A DNA stretch of 64,000 bases, from positions 21,948,001 through 22,012,000 of the forward strand of contig OY740789.1 in NCBI GenBank assembly GCA_963514005.1, read 5' to 3'. The stretch comes from Raja brachyura (lineage: Eukaryota). This document shows positions 24,350 through 36,766 of the stretch, piece by piece (positions within the stretch are counted from its first letter, which is position 1; every line of letters begins with the position of its first letter). The position numbers and the translations under genes are program-made. The notes under the pieces are model-generated. The model was not told where the DNA came from. It saw nothing but the letters and a program-made list of their open reading frames with translations, and ran no database searches.

Positions 24350-24419
24350 CTTTTCAGGAGAGGCTGGTTGGCAGTCGCTCTGTAAGCACAATACTAACAT
24401 GAGTTTGTGACTCGATGAA
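24350..24419. repeat. Target-site duplication copy B (70 bp)
   Basis: Matches 20966-21035 at 69/70 positions. Confidence 0.9.
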
Positions 24420-24490
24420 CATATGTTTTCCAAGCTTCATGGAAGTCACTGATAAAACTGACACTAAAGAGTTAGCAAGCAATAAAAAAT

Positions 24491-24495
<5 letters not shown>

Positions 24496-24526
<31 letters not shown>
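24496..24526. repeat. (TA)n microsatellite
   Basis: Directly visible. Confidence 0.95.
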
Positions 24527-24531
<5 letters not shown>

Positions 24532-25711
24532 GTGCATCTGTGGAGGGGAAAACAGATTTAATGTTTTAGTCAAATCAGGATTTCTCAAGACTGTAAAGTT
24601 CGGAGCAAACTTCATCAGAATTCGAGCTGGATTTGTAACTTCACTTTCTAAACTTGAGGTTTTCACTTGTGAATTAAACTGTGAAGCTCACCAGCAGTAT
24701 GGTGTGTTCCTCTTATACAATGGGGGCTCAATGGACAAGAGTTTCAGGAAAACCAAAATAATTCTTCTTGTATATCAGCAGCTATACAGGATAGACAGGA
24801 TTACAGGGGAAGAGGTTGCTCCCAATGAACAGGGTAAACAGGCAGAGGTCCAGAACAACCTGTTGCTAGCTGAGCTCCATGCCATTGGTCATCACATTTC
24901 CCCTTGAGATTTTGCCTCTGGCTTTTTCAGGAGTGTGCCAGGGATTTATACAAAATCTTGCTGGTGGCAGCGGAAACATGAGGCACATTGTTCGACACAT
25001 TGTTCTCCAAGACAGCCAATAACCTCAATAGACAGTAATTTTGAGGACAGTCAGAATGAGAAACATTTGAGTTGGTGGCCTTGGGCAGCCCCTCATTGGG
25101 CCAGGATGCCCATTTACTATACAATGCAACAAGCACTCAATTTAACAACTCATGAATGTTCATAAACCTGAAGGGATTCAGGTACATCAACTTGCAGTGG
25201 GTCAATAATTGTAAGAACATATTTCTGCAAATTTCTGAATAGTTGCCATAACATATTCAGTTGGTCAGCTACTCTCCCTAATCTTATCAGCAGACTTACT
25301 GGCTTGAAGCTAAAAGATATCATCTTAAATAATTACTGAATGTACCCATGAGGAAGAAATGTGATTAATCTTGGGACAGATATAATTAAAGATAGCTATC
25401 AATGCGAAATCTAGCTGAACAAATCATTTGCATGCGTAGGTTCCACATCAAGTGCATACATATAAATTTTGAAACAAGATAACCTACACAGTTATAAGGA
25501 CAGAAAGTACTGGAGATACTCAGCAGGACAAACGGCAACTTTGTGAGAGTTATGGGGTTAACATTCCAGGATGATGACTTTTCATCAAAGCAGTACAGTT
25601 ACTATCTACATTTATTAAGTATGAATTTAGCAAGGAAAAGTGATCACAATTTTGGGGAACAAAATTATAGAAAATAATTGTGAATATGAGTAAATATTAA
25701 CAATGTTGACA

Positions 25712-25985
25712 CAGTGACTGTAGAGTTGTTGCCATACAGCGCCAAAGATCCAGTTTTGATCCTGACCTCGAGTCCTGTCTGTAAAGAGTTTGTACATTCT
25801 CCCTGTGACCATGTGGTTTTCTCCGGGTGTTCTGGATTCCTCCCACATTGCAAAGATGTGCAGGTGTGTAGGTTAATTGGCTTCTGTAAATTGTCCCTAG
25901 TGCATAGGATAGAACTAGTGTACAGGTGATTGTTTGTTGATGCATTCTCGGTGGGCCAGAAGGTCTGTTTCCATACAGTGTCTCT
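25712..25985 (+). mobile_element. tRNA-derived SINE (HE1/V-SINE-like)
   Basis: Same family motifs (GGATTCCTCCCACATTGCAAAGA, GTAGGTTAATTGGCTT). Confidence 0.8.
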
Positions 25986-28174
25986 CATTTCAACTACAAT
26001 GACAGTAGCTCTCCAGATTCACCTTTCTCCAATGTTTGTCTTTCCTTTTGTAAGATCCATGTTTTTACTTCAGTCACAAAAAAATAAATAGCAATATTAT
26101 TTGCACGATTTTACCAAAAAAATTGTGAGAAAATCCATTTCTGCCTAATTGTTTTAATTGTGTTCTCATGAAAAGCTAATTCAAAGGAATTCATTCTTAG
26201 ATTAATGCAATTGAATTTTGAATTTTATACCTGCAATCTAGTTCAATGGAATTCAGTGGAACCCAATTTTTAAACCTCAATTGGAACAATTAATTAATTA
26301 ATATGGGCGATTAATTCTCTAATGACTGAGGAATAAAAATCTCGCACTATACGGACATTATCATTTGATCACCCATGTTAATTACTTGGAGATGTCCAGG
26401 AAGACCCAGTGTTTTACATGCAAAGGGGGAAAAATGGCAAATTAATTATCAATGTGAAATGTGTTTCTTGACTTCTTAATATTTTGTTTCTAAGAGATTC
26501 ACTTCACATAATTTTGAAAGAGGACAAAAATACAAACGTTTTTCTGAAGTCAAATGTGCTTTATTACTTAAAAAGGAAGAAGGGGTGAAAAAATGAGCGA
26601 CACCAGCAAAGCAAATTAAATAAAGTCAACAGGCTATGGGTATCACTTGTTTAACCTAATTACTGGAAATTTACCTTTCGATTAATTGCAGAAAATAATA
26701 TTTTACACTGATAGTTGTAGTTGTTAAGATTTTGTTCTGTACACTGAATTCCCGTTGGTGACCTTCAAGTTCCACTACAATGGAATTGTTCTCAACGAAG
26801 CATTCAAGGCAATTTTTCAAATAAAAAAATAATACCTCAGTCCTTTCAGTGCAGGGTACAGTACATTTGTGTTGGAATTTTATGACTTCATCACCTTAAG
26901 GGTGATAACAATACATTTTATCTCTGATAATGTAATAAAAAGTATGCAGAAAAGTAGAAAAACATACTTCAATACACTAGTAGGAACCACTTTCCTTGGT
27001 GCATGTGTGCAGTCATGAGAATGTCCTCATTGATAATTACAAAACAAACGTTTTGGAAAAATATAATTATATTATGTCTTAATTACCATCGAAGATAAAA
27101 TATAGGTTTCTATAAACTAATCACATGGATATTGCGGAGTAGTATTTCAATCTATTTCAAACTATGATAGACTATTTCCATACTGTTCTTTGTAGGGCAC
27201 GGATAAAGAAATTATTCTTGTGTAGGCTAAAAAGTCATTTTATGCGATTCCAGTATTAAAAAGGATGTTTACAAAGCTGGAGCTCCTACATAAATGTATA
27301 GTGTACACTTTGAGATGACTATCGTGTTTTCAGTAATGAATCCAAATACAGTGCAAAGCCTGAACTGCTAAGGATTTTTCATAGCATAGAGACACTAAAT
27401 AAATAAAAACAATGCACTTGTCTGTTGGCACTACTGTTTCAATCTAAATCTAAATCTTATTTAAATGCCTTTTTCTTTAAAAGTGTTTAAAAGTCTTCCC
27501 TTATAATCTAAAGCGATCAACAGCAAAGAGCTTGTACAAAATGTTCCTCTGTTTATTTTTGGAGCACTGAAGCCAAAATTTACATCTGTACTGCAAGATA
27601 ACTAGAATCATTAATATCACACGCCAATTATTGTCCCTGGGGACTATTTGGTCAATGTGACTTCATGCTGCTTAATTTACACAATGGACTTTGTATAGAT
27701 TTTAAAAAGCTTTGTGGTTTAATGTTGTGGTTAAATTAATACAATAATATTTTACTTGATTTGGTTTATTTATTGCAAAAAACAAAGAAATCTTCAAGTG
27801 ATTATTTTATGCTTATGAATGCAATGTTAATGTTCAGGTTTTTGATTTATTGCATAATTTTATAGCTTCAATCTTACTTATATGGTGCATATTATATTCA
27901 TAATTCCACTTGATTGTAATGCTTTCCTTCAGTATTAATACAGTAAAACATAAATTATATTACTTAAATACCAATAATACATTAACAAATCCACATTCCA
28001 GGTTTAAGACAGATAATACCTTTACCAAAAAACCTTCTGTAAAGGATAAATGTTGCCAGTTCCAAACTATGTGAAAGAACTGACATTTCACCCCTTTTAT
28101 TGTATATCAAAGTTTGTTTATTTAACCTGGTACAGAATTGAATATATTCAGTCCCAGCTTCAATTTCCTTGCTG

Positions 28175-28780
28175 GATCAGACAAAAATCCAGACATGGCT
28201 CTACAAGGCGCTGGTCAGGCTGCATTTAAAATATTGCAAGCAATTTTGGGCACCATTTCTGAGGACGGATGTGCTGCCCCTGGAGAGGGTCCAGAGGTTT
28301 CCAAGAATGATCCCAGGAATGAGTGGGTTAACATATGATGAGCATTTGACAGCACTGGCCTGTACTCGCTGGAGTTTAGAAGAATGAGCTGGGACCTCAT
28401 TGAAACGTACTGAATAGTAAAGGCTTGGATAGAGTAGATGTGGAGAGGAGGTTTCCACTGGTGGGAGAGTCTCGGACTAGAGGTCATAGCCTCAGAATAA
28501 AAGGACGGACCTTTAGAAAAGAGATGAGAAGGAATTTCTTTCATCAGAGGGTTGTGAATCTGTGGAATTCTTTGCCACAGAAGGCTGTGGAGGCCGTCAA
28601 TGGATATTTTTATGGCAAGGATAGATAGATAGATTCTTGATTAGTATGGGTGTCAGGGGATATGGCGAGAAGGCAGGAGAATGGGGTTAGCAGAGAGAGC
28701 TAGGTCAGCTATGATTGTATGGCAGAGTCGGCTTGATGGGATGAGTGGCCTAATTCGGCTCCTATCACTTATGACATGAA
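28175..28780 (+). mobile_element. CR1-type LINE 3' fragment
   Basis: LYKALVRLHLKYCKQFWAP and FFHQRVVNLWNSLP in broken frames, followed by the 3' tail. Confidence 0.85.
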
Positions 28781-28843
28781 GAAGAGGAAAATGGTGACAA
28801 AGATAATGAGTCAGGAAGCATTGCTGCAATCGAGGTACAAATT

Positions 28844-28849
28844 TTTATT
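28844..28849 (-). terminator. Candidate UNC79 poly(A) signal (AATAAA)
   Basis: AATAAA about 0.9 kb after the stop at the end of a repeat-free AT-rich stretch. Alternative signal at 28941-28946. Confidence 0.35.
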
Positions 28850-29754
28850 TACACAAATCTTAATTTCTCATTTTCTCATTTTATGATCTGAATGATAATT
28901 ATAGGACACTGTACAACTGGCAATATACTAAAAAGATCAATTTATTTTCTGTTTACACAGATGCTAACATTGATCCAAAATGTATTATTTACACAAGTAG
29001 CCTGGCAGAATACCAGCAGTTGAACCAGTAATTATTTCAGTATTATTGCAAAGTAGATTCTTCATATTGTTTTTCGGCAGTTAACACGATCCCAGAGACA
29101 GAATTGGAAGAGTAAATAGACTTTTTTGCTTGTGTACAGCCAAGGGTACGGTTCCAGCAAACATCAATACAAAAACAGTAACCATTTTCCAGTTGAGCTG
29201 TACTTATTCCAATTGCAGAATCTAACAGCAGGGCACTATATTAGATCTGACATTCCAGCCAGTAGGTAATCTTAGAGTACAGTGTTGACAGATACCAGAA
29301 AAAAACCCAGATGATGTGAGAGATCAAAAGGGATAGATAACACAATAATAGTTCAATGTTCAACCACACAATTGTTTTGGAAATATATACCTTAGATGCT
29401 GGTGAATGAGAATAATTAAAGCAACTGATGAAATACAAGATGTAAATTATATCTTTGTATTTGTAAATTAATATGTCATTCCATATAAAGAGCATGCAGC
29501 ATATTTGATGTGCAAGATTGAAAGAGTACTGTTATATTCTTATTAAATTACAAAATATTCTATTAAAAACCATTTCATTGGAATATTTGTGCACAGATTT
29601 CTACCTTATAAATTAAACCTCTTGCTGCTCGTAGAGAAAAGGATGATTAATCTACTGAGGCTATTTTGTTGGTGACTTGCACCCGATGTTTTAGCAGCGT
29701 AATAGGAGTGGACAAGAGATGCGACTGCTTCAAATCCAGGATAAGAAAGAAACT

Positions 29755-29955
29755 TTAGAGTGGATAAAATTGAGATGCCGCTTCTGATGACTGTATTTCC
29801 ACCTGAGCCATTTTGAACTGAGCACACTGTAACCACTTGCGGAGTACCGACAGGCTTGTGCTCATCTGCCCAGACCCATGGAATGACTGCAAAATGTGAT
29901 GGTTGACATTGTTCTGAATTGACTGAAGGCGTAGTTGGAGACCTGCAGACAGATG
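29755..29955 (-). CDS. UNC79: UNC79 terminal coding exon
   Basis: HLSAGLQLRLQ...KMAQVEIQSSEAASQFYPL* is the recognised UNC79 C-terminus; CAG acceptor. Confidence 0.97.
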   Translation of the reverse strand, partial: HLSAGLQLRLQSIQNNVNHHILQSFHGSGQMSTSLSVLRKWLQCAQFKMAQVEIQSSEAASQFYPL

Positions 29956-30060
29956 CTGGCGATCAGAGAGCATGTGAAAAATTAGAAGGGAGTTAGTCAC
30001 AATTATAACTATTACAGCATGAGGCCACATTATAACTTTGAGAGAAACAACAGCACCAAC

Positions 30061-30102
30061 CTTCAAATTTGACTGAATCATCGGTAACCACATGGGTATA
30101 AG
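30061..30102 (-). CDS. UNC79: UNC79 exon
   Basis: LIPMWLPMIQSNLK; AG/GT, phase 0-0. Confidence 0.95.
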
Positions 30103-30654
30103 CTGTTTAAAGAAGAGAAGTTATAAATTGTGGTTGCTCCAGCATTGAAATAAAACTTTTTTAATTGCAGTATAGTTTCCTTCCTCATGCGCAGCTACAT
30201 TATTCCAATGATATTATTTATATTCATGAGTGCCCATGAAGACTTGAAATGTAATTAACAGTAATCAAAGGCTAACTTCATTAGGCTGCTGTAGATTCTT
30301 TAATGCAATTTACATTGATTTCATAATGATGACCTGAACTATATGATTGCATAATGTAGTTATCAATTTCAAATTAACAAATAGCCCAAAATCAAATGTC
30401 ATCTATGGAAGAGAGCTTTAACTTTATACTGCTCTCTGCATGCACAAGTGATTTCTAACTTTACTCCAGAGACTCAGATCTAATTTCTAGATTATGTCTC
30501 TTAATTCTAGATTCCCTAACCAGCAATTTCTCTCTATATACCCATCAGCCCCCTTAAGTATAATCAAAATAAGTGCAGTCTCTGGCATTAATACCTTTCA
30601 TCCAGAAAGGAAAATAAAATATTTCTCAATTGCAAACATTAAACATTTACAGAC

Positions 30655-31035
30655 CAGTTAGTCTAACATCGGCAGTGGGGAAACTGCTAGAGTCAGTTAT
30701 TAAAGATGGGATAGCAGCACATATGGAAAGTGGTGAAATCATTGGACAAAGTCAGCATGGATTTACGAAAGGCAAATCATGTCTGACGAATCTTATGGAA
30801 TTTTTTTAGAATGTAGCTAGTAGAGTGGATAAGGGTGAAGCAGTGGATGTGTTATATCTGGACTTTCAGAAGGCTTTCGACAAGGTCCCACATAAGAGAT
30901 TATGGCTGAAGGGATCAGGGGGTATGGAGAGAAGGCAGGTACGGGATACTGAGTTGGATGATCAGCCATGATCATATTGAATGGCGGTGCAGACTCGAAG
31001 GTCCGAATGGCCTACTCCTGCACTTATTTTCTATG
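30655..31035 (+). mobile_element. CR1 fragment (RT piece fused to 3' tail)
   Basis: Encodes SQHGFTKGKSCLTNL...VLYLDFQKAFDKVPH, then jumps to the tail at about 30902. Confidence 0.85.
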
Positions 31036-32265
31036 AAACAAGGAACTGAAGATACTGGTTTGCCAAGGAAAGAAACAAAATTCTGGATTTACTCTGTAGA
31101 ACATGGATAGGTCAATATATTGGGTTGTCAACCAATATATTGAGTTGTGGTTGTGTGCGGTACTCTGCTTCTGGAATGCAGCTCCATTGTTCTATTGATT
31201 CCAATGAACTCAACAAGAATAATAAGAAAGAGGAACAAAAGTATGTTATTTGCTTTCTTGGGCCTTCTCCACTATTCAGTAAGATTATCACTGACCTTTT
31301 ACGTCACAGCCATGTTATTAGACTATCAGATGTCCATTGATATCCTTGATATCCAACAAGTGTTGATCTTGCTCTTGGATAACTCATTGACTGTGCTTCT
31401 ACATTCCTTTTGGGTGGAGAATTCCAAATACTCTCTACTCTGAATTTTTCATTCTCACCTCAGTCCTAAATGGTTAACCCTTTATTGCGATCCAGAAAAA
31501 CATTTTCCCTGCATTTGCCCCATCAATCACTTTTAGTTTTTGTTTTATATTTCAAAAATATTGCCCCCCTAATCTCACAAGTTATCTTCTTAATCACCTG
31601 CGTTAATTCAGTCATGTGTAAAACCTCCTTCCCCTGCTCCTACCTTCAGGGAGCCTATGGAGACCAGATCTACGCACAATATTCCGGGGACAGTAAGAAT
31701 GGAACTGAATTTTGGAGGTGGAGCGCAACATGGCACTATTACTGAATTATGCCTCTAGCACGTGTGACCAAGAGTAATTTTTACATCTCCCACTCAGTAC
31801 TTCTTCTAACCAAGTCCATACTTTCTCCTCAGTTTCATGAGGTTCAGATTTTAGCATGGGTTTCTTTGAGGAACTTTATCAAATGCCTTCTGAATGTCAA
31901 TGTGAATAACATCATGTGTTTGCCTCTTGACTACTTCAATCAAGTTTTCACACAAAGAATATCAGCCACCACTTTACATATCTACCCTTGTATTCTCCAG
32001 TAATCTGAAGATGCAAGGTAATCACTACATCCCTCATAATAATCACCAGAAATTCCTCGAAAAATGATATTAAGCTAACCATTCTACAAATCCTTCTCTC
32101 TTAAACATCCAATTTCCAAAGGGTTATGTATAATCTTATAATCTAATAGACCAGACTACGAAGTGTAATATCTTTGCAAAGCGTGTGTTCTTCCAAATTA
32201 GTGGGGAACTAACCTTTCAGAGTTAGCAAAATGTACGAATATCAAATTAAGAAAAAATAAATGTG

Positions 32266-32469
32266 TGGAAAGGAACTGCAGAGGCTGGTTTACACCGAAG
32301 ATAAACACAAAATGCTGGAGTAACTCAGCGGGACATGCAGCATCTCTGGAGAGAAGCAATGGGTGGTGTTTCGGGTCAAGACATTTCTTCAGAAAGCCAC
32401 CCATTCCTTCTCTCCAGAGATGCTGCTCGGCTCGCTGAGTTACTCCAGCATTTTGTGTCTATCCAAGAG
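32266..32469. mobile_element. Palindromic Penelope-derived short element
   Basis: About 60-bp inverted arms (32306-32367 and 32398-32459) flanked by the direct repeat AAAATAAATGTG. Confidence 0.7.
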
Positions 32470-32959
32470 AAAATAAATGTGCGAGCAGAATTACATTGTA
32501 ATTTTTAAATCTCTTTCCTGCTAGGGTTGGACCACTTCAGCAGACTGAACTGTATCTTCAATGATGCAAAGGCCAGATGGATGTCTAATTTATGAACTAA
32601 CTACATTATGGATCAAGATTATCTGGAGCCAGGAATTAAGTTACCAATTTACGAGACTGCTTGAATGTAATTTAATTATGGACATTTCTAAAATGGATCA
32701 CCAGTTATCAAACTCTGAACATAACAAATCAATAAACCTGCATTATAATATCACATTAGTCAATATCAAGATGAAATAGGAAAGTATTGATTAACATTAC
32801 AAATAACTGGGTTATTAATTGAAATTACCCTGGGCTACATCAAGCTCATCCTCTGTACAATTCCTGTTGATGAACATGTGTTTCCATTCCCCTGGCCCAA
32901 TAAGGTCTAGTGGTCCTTGAGGTGCAACTTTATTCTCAGATTAGGATCATGAGGCCTTG

Positions 32960-33190
32960 CCTTCAAATGGTGGTAAGTATGTCAGTAGTGAATAGGTGGT
33001 GGAGCTGCCAGAGGAGGGCGTTGAGGCAGGTAATGTAACAGCATGTAAAAGACATGGACAGATATATGAAAAGGAAGGGTTTAGAGGGATATGGGCCAAA
33101 TGCAGGCAAATGGGACTTTTTAGATGGGACATCTTGGTCGGCATGGACGAGTTGGGCCGAAGGACCTGTTTCCATGCTGCATGACTATGA
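32960..33190 (+). mobile_element. CR1-type 3' tail
   Basis: GAGCTGCCAGAGGAG...GAGGGATATGGGCCAAATGCAGGC...GGGCCGAAGG. Confidence 0.75.
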
Positions 33191-34294
33191 CTCCAAATGC
33201 CTGATGCCCATTTCACAGGTAATTTCTTTAATTGGCCTTTGAACTGCTCTTAGGAGTATCTGGTGTGAGAGATTCAAACATGGTTCAAAAGATTTAAATT
33301 ATGTCAAAATAATGGTAATACATTCACTTATAAATACTTCCTAGTGCGAAAAAGTAATTAAAATATTAAGTAAAATAAAGGGAATTTTTTAAAATCTCTA
33401 CAGCCATAATCAATGATTCCATTCAAATGAATGGATCAGTCTAATGTGTTGAGTCATGGGGCCAGAATTGATGTGCATCAACTCCATCACCTCAGGACAT
33501 TGATCCTCTGCCCCTGGATTCAATTCTAAGTCCAGCAGCACCATTTTTCACAAATACAGTAAATTATGAAAATAATTATATTTTAAATAATAGTGACCAA
33601 TTTCTGGACCAAGTGACCGAGAATAAGACCATTGGCAATATGAATATTGCACATTTATTTTGAATTGATATGAATTGAAGCATGGATCTGATTAAATCGA
33701 ACTAAACTTAAAATTGTTCCAATTACAAAATTTTCAAAGTACCATTGCACTCAGAGATCAAAAATATATTGCTTCTACTTTCAAGATCAGGATTTTGTTT
33801 TTGTATTCCAACATTAAAGTTTCCATTACAAATGTATGAATGCATTATTTATCTTGTCTTCCTTAAAAAGGGAAATGAGTATCACTGTTTGCATTGGATA
33901 TTTTGAAATTTCTGCACAAAAGCTGTAACGCAGAATATTTTCATCCCTCTAGCTTCACAATTTGCAACTCTTCAATCATGTCTCATACCTTCTGCTTTTA
34001 TCTCTGACCTTTGATCCAACCATCTGCCTATCACCCTCCTCAGCTGCATTCACTTATTACCTGTCATGCTTTGTCCTGCCTCTCCACTCTTCCAGCTTTC
34101 TTCTCTCCCAAACAATCAGTCTGAAGAAGGGTCTCGACACAAAACGTCTTCTATACATGTTCACCATAGATTCTGCCTGACCTGCTGAATTAGTTCAGCA
34201 CTTTGTGTCATTCTGTGTGTTAAGCAGCATCGGCAGGTCCTTTTATATATATATATATATATATATAGAGTCGGCAGATCAGAAATATAATCAC

Positions 34295-34372
34295 CTTCAC
34301 GAAGATGGCTGAATTGCATTCTTGTAGAGCTTCCATCAAGTTGATAACATGCAAGCAAACCATTTCCACCAT
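34295..34372 (-). CDS. UNC79: UNC79 exon
   Basis: MVEMVCLHVINLMEALQECNSAIFVK; AG/GT. Confidence 0.96.
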
Positions 34373-34826
34373 CTGCAACAGAGTGAAGAAAATTTCATTT
34401 GATAAAAAGGGGTTGAGAAAAAATGTTTGAAAAGTTAGTTTTGGAGCACTGTACAATATATTTCAACAAATAAAAAGAGCATGGATGGTGGAAATAAGAA
34501 TTATGAATAGAAAAGTTGTAAATACTTGGAGAATCATAACTGACTCTTTGGTTTCATAACCTTTTATGATGAGCAAAGGGTGAATTTGTCTGACAAAGTG
34601 GCTTTGGTCTAAAACATCAATTCTCTGCCCCTTTCCATAGATTGGGACTAACCAAGTATTCCCAATGCCTTCTGAATTTATTTTTGAATGATTCACTTTT
34701 GCAAGTCCTTTTACATATGCTGAATACTTACAATATTTTCTGACTTTATTTGCTTCAACTTCGACCATTTACTTTTAGTTATATTCTATTAAATATCTAA
34801 TCAACCATACTCTAACTGCAACTCAC

Positions 34827-35024
34827 TATTTTATTGTGAACCATCAGCTGTAAAATACCAGGTGTCACTCGACTCCAGAATTCAAGGGCAGTTAGAATGG
34901 CTGTAGAGACATATTCATTCTGGCTCTGTGGAGGAGGAGTAGAAGCTGCTTGTTCACAGTAGACAGTCCACAGCTGGGCAAATATAAATGCATGGAATAG
35001 AGAACACATGTGCAATACAGATGT
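34827..35024 (-). CDS. UNC79: UNC79 exon
   Basis: TSVLHMCSLFHAFIFAQLWTVYCEQ...LEFWSRVTPGILQLMVHNKI; AG/GT. Confidence 0.97.
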
Positions 35025-35407
35025 CTGTAAAACAGAAAGCAAAATTCACTGCATTATGATAGTTACATCTTGTCATCATCCAGCACACTACTTATTTTGT
35101 ATTGTCATATTCTTGCAGTGCATAGCAGTTAAATATAAAAATATTACATCTTGTGCACTTATTGTATTCTGCAATCATAAACATTTATAAAAACACAAAA
35201 GACTGATGGTAAAACTACTGCATTAGAAAAAATAAATTACTCTATTTCAGTGTACTATGCTTCAAACACACACAAAATATGAGAAATTATTTGAATTGAG
35301 CCATTTTATCTTTTAGATTGTGTCTGAGTCAAGAAGATAATGAATTTTATCTCATCCCATTGATTTACTGGACAAACTTATTTTTCTTAAGAATAGTAAT
35401 GCTGAGA

Positions 35408-35831
35408 GAATGGAGCGGCTGGGCTTGTATCCTCTGGAGTTTAGAAGGATGAGAGGGGATCTTATTGAAACATATAAGATTATTAAGGGTTTGGACACGC
35501 TTGAGGCAAGAAACATGTTCCCGATTTTGGAGGAGTCCAGAACCAGGGGCCACAGTTTCAGAATAATGGGTAAGCCATTTAGAACGGAGATGAGGAAACA
35601 CTTTTTCTAACAGAGAGTTGTGAGTCTGTGGAATTCTCTGCCTCAGAGGGCGGTGGAGGTCAGTTCTCTGGATACTTTCAAGAGAGAGCTAGATAGGGCT
35701 CTTAATAATAGCGGAGTCAGGGGATATGGGGAGAAGGCAGGAACGTGGTACTGATTGGGGAAGATCAGCCATGATCACATTAAATGGCTCAAAGGACTCG
35801 AATGGCCTACTCCTGCACCTATTGTCTATTG
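35408..35831 (+). mobile_element. CR1 3' end
   Basis: ERLGLYPLEFRRMRGDLIETYKI plus tail. Confidence 0.88.
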
Positions 35832-35941
35832 CAACCGTAATGTCTTATATACCAAGATAAACACTGAATCATGGAATTAGATAAACACATATCGCTGAAT
35901 GTGGCCAATCCATTCTGTAAATATTCCCAGCATTCATTCAA

Positions 35942-36248
35942 TTTAGTTTAGTTTAGAGATACAGTGCGGAAAAAGGCCATTTGCCCACTGAGTCCACACC
36001 GACCAGCGATCCCCGCATATTGACACTACCCTACATGCACTAGGGACAATTTTACATTTTACACCAAGCCAATTGACCTATAAACCTGTACATCTTTGAA
36101 ATGTGGGAGGAAACCGCAGATCTCGGAGAAAATCCCTCGCAGGGCACCGGGAGAATGTACGAACTCCGTACAGACAAGCACCTATGATCTTATCTGGGTC
36201 TCTGGTGCTGTAAGGTAGTAGCTCTACCACTGTGCCACCGTGCTGCCC
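35942..36248 (-). mobile_element. tRNA-derived SINE (HE1/V-SINE-like)
   Basis: Same family as 14476-14792. Confidence 0.82.
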
Positions 36249-36631
36249 TAATTTCTTTTTCGTCATGTATTTACTCAATTCGCTTACAAAATAATATTTT
36301 TTAATCTTTAATCACCACTCCAAATTCTAACCGCCAGTTGCTTGTGTTAACTTTGGCCAGTCACCTGAAATGGGTTCCTGCTGATTATCATCCTTAAGCA
36401 ATTAGAAATAAGTCCTTCAAGAGTTAACTGTGTCTGTTTGTCATATGGACTGGAACAAATAACTTCTTATATGCTGCTGCTTTACAACCACATGTAAGAA
36501 GTTAATTGTTATGGTTCATATCTGATGCGTATGGAAAACTAGGTATGATATATGAAACTTATACAAAGACATGGAATTGTAGTGAAGACCTTTACACGAT
36601 TGAAGATAAATACTGTGATATGCACAGGCTA

Positions 36632-36685
36632 GGGGTGGAAGATTGCAACCTTCACGTGGTCCGCCCTGTTTTGACTAATGCAATC
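36632..36685 (+). ncRNA. Minimal HDV/CPEB3-like ribozyme (predicted)
   Basis: Identical to 12920-12973 except one change in the P4-replacing loop (UUUGA). Confidence 0.8.
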
Positions 36686-36766
36686 AATTCGACGTGCACA
36701 CACAGAAGATCAAATAGAACAAGTTGTCCTACAACTTTAGGCTGTGCATGCCACACGAAAGAAGAA
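36632..36766 (+). mobile_element. ~135-nt retroelement with 5' HDV-like ribozyme and GAA tail, copy 2
   Basis: TSD GCACAGGCTA at 36622-36631 and 36767-36776; tail GAAAGAAGAA. Confidence 0.9.

Noticed and set aside
24704-25165. Plus-strand ORFs after TTCAG acceptors as PRIMA1 or another gene
   Set aside because: No recognisable homology in any frame.
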